Positions 38,030 through 47,163 of a stretch of DNA of 64,000 nt are shown piece by piece. Source of the DNA: Bacillota bacterium (lineage in GTDB: Bacteria > Bacillota > Sulfobacillia > RBS10-35 > JAJYVN01); contig JAJZXK010000001.1 in the NCBI GenBank assembly GCA_021806565.1, positions 100,072 through 164,071 of the forward strand, given 5' to 3'. Each line of letters starts with the position of its first letter. Position 1 is the first letter of the stretch. A program made the translations under genes and the position numbers. Below the pieces are notes generated by a model. It was not told the DNA's origin. It saw only the letters and a list, made by a program, of their open reading frames with translations, and did not search any database.

Positions 38030-38851
38030 TTGGCGGCGCAGTGGGCGATCATCGGGGGCACGGGGGTTTACGATCCGCAACTGCTGGCCGGGCCGCGGGC
38101 GGAGTCCGTCAACACACCCTACGGCGGGGTGGAGGTCTTCGTCGGGCGCCACGCCGGCGTCGAGGTTGCCTTCCTGCCCCGGCACGGCCGCGGCCACAGC
38201 GTGCCGCCGCACCGGATCAACTACCGCGCCAACCTGTGGGCGTTGCGCGAACTCGGGGTCCGCTCCTGCCTGGCCACGGCGGCCTGCGGTTCGTTGCGCG
38301 CCGATCTGGCCCCCGGCGGCTTGGTGCTGTGCGATCAGTTCCTGGACTTCACACGCTCGCGGCCTACCACGTTCTACGACGGCCAGGACGGGCAGGTGCA
38401 CCACGCCGACATGACCGACCCGTACTGCCCCCGCCTGCGTGCCACCCTCGCGCTCCAGGGGCGGCAACTCGGCATCGGTCTGGCCGAGCAGGCGACCTAC
38501 GTCTGCACAGAGGGGCCCCGCTTTGAGACGCCCGCGGAGATCCGCGCCTATGCGCGCCTCGGCGGGGATCTGGTGGGCATGACCGGGGTGCCGGAGGTCG
38601 TGCTGGCGCGGGAGGCCGGCCTCTGCTACGCCTCTGTGGCGGTGGTGACCAACTTCGCCGCGGGCCTGGCCGGCCGGCCCCTGACGCATGCCGAGGTCGT
38701 CGATGCCATGCGGAGCGCGACCGAAGGGGTGCGGCGGCTGCTCTTGGCGGCGGTGGCCGCGGCGGCCGCCGCGCCATGCGATCGCTGTCCGCCGGCACCG
38801 GCGGGGATCGAGGCCCCCGCGGCGGGGGCGGGGGAGGGGCACGCGCATTGA
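38030..38851 (+). CDS. mtnP: methylthioadenosine/methylthioinosine phosphorylase
   Basis: IIGGTG, FLPRHG, NYRAN, EGPRFETPAE, VGMT, VTNFAAG. Confidence 0.9.
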   Translation: MAAQWAIIGGTGVYDPQLLAGPRAESVNTPYGGVEVFVGRHAGVEVAFLPRHGRGHSVPPHRINYRANLWALRELGVRSCLATAACGSLRADLAPGGLVLCDQFLDFTRSRPTTFYDGQDGQVHHADMTDPYCPRLRATLALQGRQLGIGLAEQATYVCTEGPRFETPAEIRAYARLGGDLVGMTGVPEVVLAREAGLCYASVAVVTNFAAGLAGRPLTHAEVVDAMRSATEGVRRLLLAAVAAAAAAPCDRCPPAPAGIEAPAAGAGEGHAH

Positions 38852-40110
38852 CGACGGACCGGTGGCGGCCTTCACGGATCCGCGACGGCGGGCTCGCGGC
38901 GGCGGGGGCCGCCAAGATCACCTGGGCGCGCACCCACATGCCCGTCCTCGCGGCGGTGTCTCGCGACCTCGCCGCGCGGGGTACCCTGCGCGGTGTACCG
39001 ATCGGCATCTGCCTCCATCTGGAGGCCAAGACGGCGTGCCTCGCCCTGGCGCTGCACGAGGCGGGCGCACACGTGGCGATCACGGGCAGCAACCCGCTTT
39101 CCACGCAGGACGACGTCTGCGCCGGCCTGGCGGGGATGGGCCCCCGCGTGTATGCGTGGCACGACCCGACGCCGGCGGAGACCGAATCCTTCCTTGAGGA
39201 CGTGCTGGACACCCATCCCCGTGTGCTGCTGGACGACGGGGCGGACGCCGTCGCCCTGCTGCACTCGCGCCGTCCCGAACAGGTTCGCGAGATCGCCGGG
39301 GCGACCGAGGAGACGACGACGGGCCTGCACCGCCTGCGGGCGATGGCCGCGGAGGGTGTTCTGGGCTTTCCGGTGATCGCGGTCAACGACGCCAAGATGA
39401 AATACCTCTTTGACAACCGCTACGGGACCGGCCAGTCGGCCTGGGAGGGCGTCCTGCGCGCCACCAACCTGCTTGTGGCCGGCAAGGAGGTCCTGGTGTT
39501 CGGCTACGGATGGTGCGGGCGCGGCGTGGCCCGCCGCGCCCAGGGCCTGGGCGCGCACGTCACGGTGTGCGAGGTGGACCCGATCGCGGCCAACGAGGCC
39601 GTCCTGGACGGCTGCGCGGTGCTGCCCGCGCTGGAGGCGGTGGCGCGCGCGGACTTCGTGGTCACCTGCACCGGCAATCGCCGCGTGCTGGGCCGCGAGC
39701 ATTTCGACCGCTGCAAGGACGGCATCGTGCTGGCCAACGCGGGGCACTTCGATGTGGAGATCGCCGTCGACGAACTTGTCGCGCTGGCCGTGGAACGCCG
39801 CCGGGCCCGGCCCTCGGTGGAGACCTTCCAATTGCCCGACGGGCGCGCCATCCACCTGTTGGCCGAGGGGCGGTTGGTCAACCTGGCGGCGGGCGACGGC
39901 CATCCCGTCGAGATCATGGACATCTCCTTCGCCGTCCAGGCCCTGGCCCTGGAGTATGCGGCGGCGCACGGCGCGGAGTTGGAGCATGGTGTGCTTCCGG
40001 TTCCGGACCGGATCGACCTGGACGTGGCCCGCCTGCGGCTGCGGGCCGCCGGCGCGGCGATCGACGAACTCAGCGCCGCGCAGCGCGACTACATGGCGCG
40101 CTGGCGCTAG
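38848..40110 (+). CDS. ahcY: adenosylhomocysteinase
   Basis: CLHLEAKTA, NPLSTQD, EETTTG, FDNRYGTG, GYGWCGRG, NAGHFD, GRLVNL, GHP. Confidence 0.97.
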   Translation: MTTDRWRPSRIRDGGLAAAGAAKITWARTHMPVLAAVSRDLAARGTLRGVPIGICLHLEAKTACLALALHEAGAHVAITGSNPLSTQDDVCAGLAGMGPRVYAWHDPTPAETESFLEDVLDTHPRVLLDDGADAVALLHSRRPEQVREIAGATEETTTGLHRLRAMAAEGVLGFPVIAVNDAKMKYLFDNRYGTGQSAWEGVLRATNLLVAGKEVLVFGYGWCGRGVARRAQGLGAHVTVCEVDPIAANEAVLDGCAVLPALEAVARADFVVTCTGNRRVLGREHFDRCKDGIVLANAGHFDVEIAVDELVALAVERRRARPSVETFQLPDGRAIHLLAEGRLVNLAAGDGHPVEIMDISFAVQALALEYAAAHGAELEHGVLPVPDRIDLDVARLRLRAAGAAIDELSAAQRDYMARWR

Positions 40111-40135
40111 GGGCTCGCGGGAGGGGGGGCGGCCC

Positions 40136-41422
40136 GTGGACCTCTGCATTCAGGGGGCGGAGATCTGGCCGTTGGACGGGGGCGCCCCCCGGGAGGCGTC
40201 GGTGTGGGTGCGGGGAGACCGCATCGCGGCGGTCGGTGCGGCGCCCGGACCGGTCCGGGCGGAAAGGACCATCTCCGCGCCGGGCCTGATCTGCCTGCCC
40301 GGGCTCGTCAACTGCCACAACCATGTGGCGATGACCCTGCTGCGCGGTTATGGCGCGGATCTGGACCTGCAGCACTGGCTGGAGGAGCGCATCTGGCCGG
40401 CGGAAGCCCGCCTGACCGACCGGGACGTCGAGATCGGCGCCCTCTTGGGCTGTCTGGAAATGCTGCGCGGCGGCACCACCGCCTTTGCCGACATGTACGA
40501 CCATATGGACGCAGTGGCCGCCGCGGTCGACCACAGCGGCATCCGGGCCAGCCTGGCGCGCGGCGTCATCGGGCTTTCGCCGGGCTGGCAGAGGTCGATG
40601 GCCGAGGCCGAAGACCTCTGCCGCAAGGCACCGCGGTTGGCCGCCGGCCGCATCACCGCCATGGTCGCCCCGCACGCCGAATACACCTGCCCGCCCGAGG
40701 TGTGGCGAGAGGCCGTCGGCTTGGCGCGCCGCCAGGGGGTGCGCCTGCATACCCACCTCAGTGAGACGACGGCCGAGAACGCCGCGTGCCGGGCGCGCCA
40801 CGGCTGTTCGCCGGCGGCCTTCTTGGAGAGCGTGGGCGCCCTGGACGTCGGCGTGCTGTGCGCCCACGCCGTGCACGTGGATGTCGCCGACGCGGCGCGT
40901 CTGGCCCGCACGGGGGTGGCGGTGGCCCACAATCCGGTGAGCAACGCCAAGCTCGGTTCCGGGATCGCGCCGATCGACCTGCTGCTCGATTCGGGGGTGC
41001 GCCTGGGGCTCGGCACCGACGGGGCGGCCAGCACCGACACGCTCAGCCTTTGGAAGGAGATGTCCACGGCCGGATACCTCCAGAAGGCGGTGTCCCAGGA
41101 CGCGGCGGCGCTTCCCTGCGGGCGGCTGTTGACCATGGCCACGCGCGACGGCTCGGCGGCGCTCGGTTTGGATCCCCTGGCGGGTTCGTTGGTGCCGGGG
41201 GCGCCGGCGGATTTCATCCTCATCGATCCCCACGGTCTGCATCGCTCTCCGGCCACGGATCCCGATGCCGCCTTGGTGTACGGGACGCGCGACACGGACG
41301 TCGTCCTGACCGTGGTCGCCGGCCGGGTGGTCATGGAGCGCGGGGCCTTTCCGGGGATCGACCACGAGCGGGTGCGCGCCGAGGCGGTGGCGGCCAGCCG
41401 GCGGCTCCTGGGGGGCGGTTAG
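40136..41422 (+). CDS. mtaD: MTA/SAH deaminase-like amidohydrolase
   Basis: PGLVNCHNH, WLEERIWP, HTHLSET, HNPVSNAKLGSG, GTDG; clustered with mtnP and ahcY. Confidence 0.82.
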   Translation: MDLCIQGAEIWPLDGGAPREASVWVRGDRIAAVGAAPGPVRAERTISAPGLICLPGLVNCHNHVAMTLLRGYGADLDLQHWLEERIWPAEARLTDRDVEIGALLGCLEMLRGGTTAFADMYDHMDAVAAAVDHSGIRASLARGVIGLSPGWQRSMAEAEDLCRKAPRLAAGRITAMVAPHAEYTCPPEVWREAVGLARRQGVRLHTHLSETTAENAACRARHGCSPAAFLESVGALDVGVLCAHAVHVDVADAARLARTGVAVAHNPVSNAKLGSGIAPIDLLLDSGVRLGLGTDGAASTDTLSLWKEMSTAGYLQKAVSQDAAALPCGRLLTMATRDGSAALGLDPLAGSLVPGAPADFILIDPHGLHRSPATDPDAALVYGTRDTDVVLTVVAGRVVMERGAFPGIDHERVRAEAVAASRRLLGGG

Positions 41423-41429
41423 GCTGCGG

Positions 41430-41930
41430 ATGCGGTATTCCAGCCACGGGTGCCTCGTCTGCGGGCGCGACAACCCTTCGGGAATGGGGTTGTCGTTCGA
41501 GATCGGCCCGGACGGGGGGGCCCGGGCGCGCTGGCAGCCCCAGGAGCGCTTCACGGGCCTGCCCGCGACCGTCCACGGGGGGGCGTTGCTGGCGGTCGTG
41601 GACGACGCCATGTGGTATGCGGCATATGCGCAGGGCGGACACACCCTGACCGCTGAGGTCACGGTTCGCTACCGCCGGCCCGCGAACCCGGGCGAAACCC
41701 TGATGGCGCACGGCTGGGTGCAGGAACACCGCGGCCGCCTCTGGCGGTGTGCCGCAGACATCCGCCGTGCCCAGGACGATGCCGTGTTGGTGGAGGCGCA
41801 TGCCGTCTTCCTGGAGCCCGCCAGCTGGACCGGCGCGGAGGCCGACGCTGGCTTGGTGGTCGAGACCCTGGACGATGCGCCCGACCGCGCGCGACCGCGG
41901 TCAGGGGAGGCCGACGCCGGTCATCCATAG
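41430..41930 (+). CDS. PaaI-family thioesterase
   Basis: CLVCGRDNPSG, VHGG...VDDAM, TAEVTVRYRRP. Confidence 0.88.
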   Translation: MRYSSHGCLVCGRDNPSGMGLSFEIGPDGGARARWQPQERFTGLPATVHGGALLAVVDDAMWYAAYAQGGHTLTAEVTVRYRRPANPGETLMAHGWVQEHRGRLWRCAADIRRAQDDAVLVEAHAVFLEPASWTGAEADAGLVVETLDDAPDRARPRSGEADAGHP

Positions 41931-42314
41931 CCGCAGGGCGAAGAGGAATGCCGCTACGGCCACCAGGGCGAATACCCCGGCTTCCTTGAAATGGCCCTCC
42001 TCGCGCAGGATACGCCCGAAGGAGGCCGTCGGCCGCAGCATTTCACTCGCTCCCACGGCGAGAAGTGCCAACCCCGCGTACAGGAAGTGCAGTAGGTCCT
42101 TGGGCAGGTGGCCGAGGGCGATGAACAGCAGGCCGCTGAGCAACTGAAAGCCGAAGAGCCCGGCCAAGAGGCGCAGGGCGCGGAAGAAGCGCTCCGGAAG
42201 GGATTGCCGCCGGCGCATGAGCACGTAGGCCCAGATGGAAAGGCCCAGCATGCCGAACATGAACGTCAGGCCCACATACAGGTGCAGAAACAACAATACG
42301 GCCAGCAGTGCCAC
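41901..42314 (-). CDS. small multi-TM membrane protein
   Basis: About four hydrophobic segments, LLHFLYAG, terminal MTG. Start uncertain. Confidence 0.65.
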   Translation of the reverse strand: MALLAVLLFLHLYVGLTFMFGMLGLSIWAYVLMRRRQSLPERFFRALRLLAGLFGFQLLSGLLFIALGHLPKDLLHFLYAGLALLAVGASEMLRPTASFGRILREEGHFKEAGVFALVAVAAFLFALRLWMTGVGLP

Positions 42315-42349
42315 CTCCGGGACGGGTACGAGAAGGGATGCTTCGCGCG

Positions 42350-42997
42350 TCAGTCCAGCGTGGCGCCCGCCTCCGCCCAGGGGCGTGCCTCCGCTTGCGC
42401 CAGAGCGGAGAGCAGGGCTTGGTGCCGGCGCTGGGCGGAGGCGCCCTCGCCCGCCCGCAGGCCGAGGGCGGCGGCCAGCGCGGCGCCCAACGCCGGCGTC
42501 AGCGGCGCTGCATGTCCAAGGATGGCGCCACCGGCCGCAAGCGCCACGGCTGCGACCAGTTTTAGTTCGGGTGCCACGCCCTGTGTGTCTTGGAGGCCGT
42601 CCAGGCGGAGCGCGAAGCCGGCGGCTGCCACCGCCAGCGGCCAGGCGGGCGTCGGCGCCGCCGCCAGCAACGTGGCGGCCGCGACCGCCTGGCCCCACGG
42701 CGAGACCGACCTGGCCGCCGGCGCGGACCACCAGAGGGCGATGCCGGCGGCCAGGCACCATGCCGGCCAGGCGAGGGCGGTGGGGGTCCCCCCGGCCAGC
42801 GATGCGGCCGTGAGCAGAACGATCACTGCGGCCGCCGCCAGCGGAAGGCGCCGTCGAATCGCGGGCCGATTCCACAGAACCACCACCCGCCGCAGGCCGG
42901 CACTCTGGCAGCACTCGCGCCGGTCGCCCCCCGCGTGGTCGCACCCGCCGGAGAGCGGGCAGTCACCACAGGCGGTCGTGCCATGCTCTTGACTCAC
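42350..42997 (-). CDS. membrane protein with N-terminal Cys cluster
   Basis: RBS GGGAGG; CGDCPLSGGC...ECC followed by several TM segments. Confidence 0.6.
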   Translation of the reverse strand: MSQEHGTTACGDCPLSGGCDHAGGDRRECCQSAGLRRVVVLWNRPAIRRRLPLAAAAVIVLLTAASLAGGTPTALAWPAWCLAAGIALWWSAPAARSVSPWGQAVAAATLLAAAPTPAWPLAVAAAGFALRLDGLQDTQGVAPELKLVAAVALAAGGAILGHAAPLTPALGAALAAALGLRAGEGASAQRRHQALLSALAQAEARPWAEAGATLD

Positions 42998-43072
42998 TGA
43001 GGTTCCTCCCGTCGGCCATGGGGCCGTGAGACCGGCCCCATGGTAGCGCCGAGAGACGGTGGGCGCCAGTGC

Positions 43073-43243
43073 TCAGCCGGAGAGTCTGAAACGGCGAAGC
43101 ACCGCGACGAGTTCAGGCGGCAACTCGGCCCAGTCCGGGTCGGCGGTCTTCCGCGCCTGCGCGCTGGGCTCGCTGTGACGGGGCCTGGGCGGCGGAGGGC
43201 CAGGCTCCGCTCCGGTATGGGCATGGTCGGGTGTTTCGGGCAC
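43073..43243 (-). CDS. possible small hypothetical protein
   Basis: Fills the gap in a minus-strand gene run; C-terminal DWAELPPELVAVLRRFRL looks protein-like; weak RBS. Confidence 0.3.
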   Translation of the reverse strand: MPETPDHAHTGAEPGPPPPRPRHSEPSAQARKTADPDWAELPPELVAVLRRFRLSG

Positions 43244-43312
43244 CGCGCATCGCCGCCCGCAGGAGTATGGCGCGCGGGCGCCGGGAGCCATGCACGGCCG
43301 GCCGCCGCGGGC

Positions 43313-44449
43313 TCAACGGCCGGCATGATACAGCGCCAGGATGTTGTGCACATAGTTTTGGGTCTGCTGGTAGGGCGGGATGCCGCCATAGCGCTGGACC
43401 GCGTACGGGCCGGCGTTGTAGGCGGCCAGGGCGAGCGAGAGGTTGCCATGGAAGCGCTGCAGCATCTCCAGCAGGTAGGTGATGCCGCCCCGCAGGTTCT
43501 GCACCGGGTTGTAAGCGTTGTTGACCCCGAGGGCGGCGGCGGTGGCGGGCATCAACTGCATCAGCCCCTGGGCGCCGACCGGGCTCTTCGCGCCCGAGGC
43601 CCCGCCGGATTCCTGTAGCACGACCGCCTCGACCAACAGCGGGTCGATCCCGTACTGCTTGGCGAGTAGGTTGATGTCCTGAAGGACCTGCGACCAGGGC
43701 ACGTTGCCGGACTGCAACGCGGCCAGGAGTGCCGCGATCTTTTGCTGCAGGCTGTTGCGCTGCCACGCCAGCGAGGCGACGATGCGGTTGGCCTGGGCGA
43801 CGGCGGTGGTCTCGGCCTGTTTGGCGGCCGCCGCCTGCAGTTCGCGCTGGTGCAGCAGGCGCACCTGCGCCGCCGCCTGGGTGGTCAGCGCGTCTAGGTG
43901 GACGACCGTCGCATTCTGCCTCTGCTCCAGCACCTGCAGGTGTTGTTGCGCTAGGCGTGCCTGGTTGAGAAAGCCCATCTCCAGCGTCCAGACGCGGCGC
44001 AGCATGCTCATGCGCGTGAGGAACCCCTGGAAGGAGTTCGATCCGAGCAGCACGCCGACGAACGAGACGGTGCCGTGCTTGTCGAGGATCACCAAGCCCT
44101 GGTCCGCCTTGTGGCGGTCCGTCGCCACGACGGCCTTGGCGGCGACGACCTCCTGGCGCAGGCGCGCCAGCGCGGCCTTGGCCTGGGAGGTTTCCGACTC
44201 CAGGGTGTTCAGACGCCGCGCGGCCAGGATCAGGACTGCCTCCGCCTGCAGGTACCGCTGGTGCGCCACGGACCAGGCGGCGACGGCGTTGGTGTACTGC
44301 TGCTGGGCCGAGGCGAGTTCCGTGGCGACCACGCTCTCCTGGTGTCGATAGGCCGTCAGGCTGCTGGCGGCGGCGGCCGGGGCGAGCAGCGTACAGGTCG
44401 TCGTCCACGCCAGGCAGATACCGATCAGGGTCCGCCAGCGGCGTGACAC
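43313..44449 (-). CDS. secreted coiled-coil plus lytic transglycosylase (SLT) protein
   Basis: Signal peptide, PcsB/CwlO-like coiled coil, QESG, GAQGLMQLMP, ALAAYNAG, GGIPPY. Confidence 0.9.
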   Translation of the reverse strand: MSRRWRTLIGICLAWTTTCTLLAPAAAASSLTAYRHQESVVATELASAQQQYTNAVAAWSVAHQRYLQAEAVLILAARRLNTLESETSQAKAALARLRQEVVAAKAVVATDRHKADQGLVILDKHGTVSFVGVLLGSNSFQGFLTRMSMLRRVWTLEMGFLNQARLAQQHLQVLEQRQNATVVHLDALTTQAAAQVRLLHQRELQAAAAKQAETTAVAQANRIVASLAWQRNSLQQKIAALLAALQSGNVPWSQVLQDINLLAKQYGIDPLLVEAVVLQESGGASGAKSPVGAQGLMQLMPATAAALGVNNAYNPVQNLRGGITYLLEMLQRFHGNLSLALAAYNAGPYAVQRYGGIPPYQQTQNYVHNILALYHAGR

Positions 44450-44641
44450 GCGTACATCGACTCCTTACTGTCCCGCGCGGCCGCAGACCGACGCGGATGG
44501 TGGGAAGCGGCGCACCATCGAGGCGGCCGTTCGCCATGGAAGGCGGTTTTCCTTCCAGGAATGCGCAGGACCGACATGATCCGCCGGCGGGCGGCGGCGC
44601 GCCAGGCGCCGCTTGTAGCGTTGGTGGGCTATACTGCTGGC

Positions 44642-46876
44642 GTGACTACCGAGACAAAGGCTCAGGCTGAGCCGCTGCGGTACCGTGGCTTTGAACTCGA
44701 CGCGTTCCAGCTCAGGGCCGTGGACGCCATCGAGGCCGGGCAGAGCGTCCTGGTCTCCGCGCCCACCGGGACGGGCAAGACCCTGATCGCGGATTATTTG
44801 GTGGAACGCGCAGCCAGAGCCGGCCAGCGGGTGGTGTACACGGCGCCGATCAAGGCGCTGTCCAATCAAAAGTTCGACGAATACTGCGCCCTGTGCGGGC
44901 CGGAGCACGTCGGGTTGCTCACCGGCGACGTCGCCATTCGGCCGGAGGCGCCGCTGTGCATCATGACCACCGAGGTGCTGCGCAACCAGTTGATCACCGC
45001 GGATGCCCGCCTGACGGACCTGGCCTGGGTGGTGTTCGATGAGATCCACTACATCGCCTCGGACCGCGGCACGGCTTGGGAAGAGAGCATCATTCTCCTG
45101 CCGCGCGGGGTGCGCCTGCTGGGCCTTTCCGCCACGGTGGGTAACCTCGGCCTGTTGGCGGCCTGGATCGCCCAGACCACCGGCATACCGGTCGAGCAGG
45201 TGCGCGAGACCCAGCGCGCCGTGCCGCTCCACATCCGCTACGTGACGCCGGAGGGCATCGGCGGCTACTCACAGGCCAAGCGCTTCGCCAGTGCGGCCGA
45301 AGGCGAGTACGGCCGACGTCCGCGCTTGCACCACCTGGATCTGGTCCGGACGCTGGTGCGGGAAGATGCCCTTCCCGCGCTCTATTTCGTCTTTTCGCGG
45401 CTGGGCACGGAAGAGCGCGCCCAGGAGGCGGCCGACCGCTTCTCTTTCCTGGACGCCAAAGGCGAGCGGGCCTGCGCCGCCGCGCTGGAAGAGATGCGGA
45501 CGCGCTACCCCGGCGCACGCGAACTGCACGGGGTGCTGGGACGCTGCCTGCTGCGCGGTGTCGGCTTCCACCATGCGGGCCTCCTACCGGCGACGAAGCG
45601 GGCGGTGGAGACCCTGTATGGCAGGGGCTTCGTGCCACTGCTGTATTGCACAGAGACGTTCGCGGTCGGTGTCAACTACCCCGTGCGCGGCGTCGTGCTC
45701 GAGAGCGGGCGCAAGTTCGACGGCACCCGGCTGCGTCCTCTGACGGTGCAGGAGTTCCAGCAGATCACCGGCCGTGCCGGCCGGCGGGGAAAGGACGCCC
45801 GGGGCTTGGCCTTTATCGGCGTGGATGGGCGCGACCGCGGTGAGTTGCCCAACTACGGCGCCCTGCCACTGGAGCCGGTCGCCAGCCAGTTCGCCGTGAC
45901 GGAGACCACCGCGCTCAACCTGCTGCGCACCTTCGGCCGTGAACGCGCGCTGGATGTGTTGAGTCGCAACTTCCGGGAGTTCGCCCGGCGGCGCGAAGAG
46001 GGGGTCGAGCGCGAGCGGCTCGGCGCCCTGATCAAGGAGCGGGAACGGCTGTGGGCGCAGGGCTGCCCGCACCTGGGTACGGCGGCCTGCCCGCTGGAGC
46101 GCGAGCGGCTGCGGTCCGTGGAGGAGGAATATCGGCGTAAGCGGCGCAACCGCCGTAACCGCCGCGGCCGCTTGGCGGTGGACCAAACCCTGGCGGAAGT
46201 GTCCCGCGCCCTGCGTACCCCCGCGGATTGCCCGAAAGCCAGTCCCGACCCCTGCCGGCCGCTCGTGCGCCCGTTCGGCCGGCTGCACATGCGGCTGCAG
46301 GCGGCCGAGTTGGAACTGCGCGGTGTGTCGGAACGGGCGCACTACCGGTCGGAGTTGGATCGGGTCTGCTCCCTTCTGGAGCGCCTCGGTTATATCGCGG
46401 GCGAGCGCTTGCTCGCGCGCGGCGAGGTGGCGCGCCACCTGCACGTGCAGCCGCTGCTGCTGACCGAGCTCCTATTTGAGGGCTTTTTCCACCGTGAGCC
46501 GGTGCCGGTGGTGGCCGCCGTGCTGGGGGCGGTGGATTACGATGCGCGGCATGACGACGCCTGTTACGGGCTGCCGAAGCTCACGGCGGCCGTCGCGGTG
46601 GAGCGGGTGGTCCGGCGGCTGCAGGCCGAGGGCGGCGACATCGCGTTCGATCCGGTGGTCTCGCCGCTGGTGTATGGGTGGGCGTCGGGTGTGGATTTTG
46701 CCACACTGATGGAGCACACCACCATTCAAGAGGGCGACTTCATCGGTGCGGTGCGGCGCGCCCTGGACCTGCTGCGCCAACTGCGACAGGCGGCGCGGGG
46801 CGATGACGCGCTGGCGGGCCGGCTCGATCAGGTGGGTGCACTGCTGGATCGGGACGAGGCGCGCGTGCTGTTTTGA
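44642..46876 (+). CDS. Ski2-like DEAD/DEAH RNA helicase (HelY type)
   Basis: APTGTGKT, PIKALSNQK, MTTEVLRN, DEIH, LSAT, HHAG, GRAGRRG, C-terminal EGDF (DSHCT-like). Confidence 0.92.
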   Translation: MTTETKAQAEPLRYRGFELDAFQLRAVDAIEAGQSVLVSAPTGTGKTLIADYLVERAARAGQRVVYTAPIKALSNQKFDEYCALCGPEHVGLLTGDVAIRPEAPLCIMTTEVLRNQLITADARLTDLAWVVFDEIHYIASDRGTAWEESIILLPRGVRLLGLSATVGNLGLLAAWIAQTTGIPVEQVRETQRAVPLHIRYVTPEGIGGYSQAKRFASAAEGEYGRRPRLHHLDLVRTLVREDALPALYFVFSRLGTEERAQEAADRFSFLDAKGERACAAALEEMRTRYPGARELHGVLGRCLLRGVGFHHAGLLPATKRAVETLYGRGFVPLLYCTETFAVGVNYPVRGVVLESGRKFDGTRLRPLTVQEFQQITGRAGRRGKDARGLAFIGVDGRDRGELPNYGALPLEPVASQFAVTETTALNLLRTFGRERALDVLSRNFREFARRREEGVERERLGALIKERERLWAQGCPHLGTAACPLERERLRSVEEEYRRKRRNRRNRRGRLAVDQTLAEVSRALRTPADCPKASPDPCRPLVRPFGRLHMRLQAAELELRGVSERAHYRSELDRVCSLLERLGYIAGERLLARGEVARHLHVQPLLLTELLFEGFFHREPVPVVAAVLGAVDYDARHDDACYGLPKLTAAVAVERVVRRLQAEGGDIAFDPVVSPLVYGWASGVDFATLMEHTTIQEGDFIGAVRRALDLLRQLRQAARGDDALAGRLDQVGALLDRDEARVLF

Positions 46877-47163
46877 GCTTTGCGGTCGGCGGGCGCCCGC
46901 GTACCGCCGGGGAATCGGGCCAAGGCTTCAAGTGAACGCCCACCACGTTTGGTCCTGCCCCCAAGTGCCCCTCCAACCCCATGGCCGAGACGAAGCGCGC
47001 CACGCGCGGGCGGAGGGCCGCGCAGCGCACCTGCCGCCGCCGGCGTTGCCCCACGGATATCCGCCACCCTTGCCCCGTACGTATCGCGGGGGACGGGCGG
47101 ACGCGCGCCGGCCTGGGGGGGGCACGCACCATCCGGCAGCGACGGGGGGGCACCGAGCGGGCG

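Noticed and set aside
44450..44640. Riboswitch (c-di-AMP or c-di-GMP) upstream of the lytic transglycosylase
   Set aside because: Hairpins are present but the conserved aptamer motifs could not be identified.
46880..47160. Possible small minus-strand ORF between the helicase and the flippase
   Set aside because: No recognisable motif, and candidate frames overlap the helicase or look compositionally non-coding.
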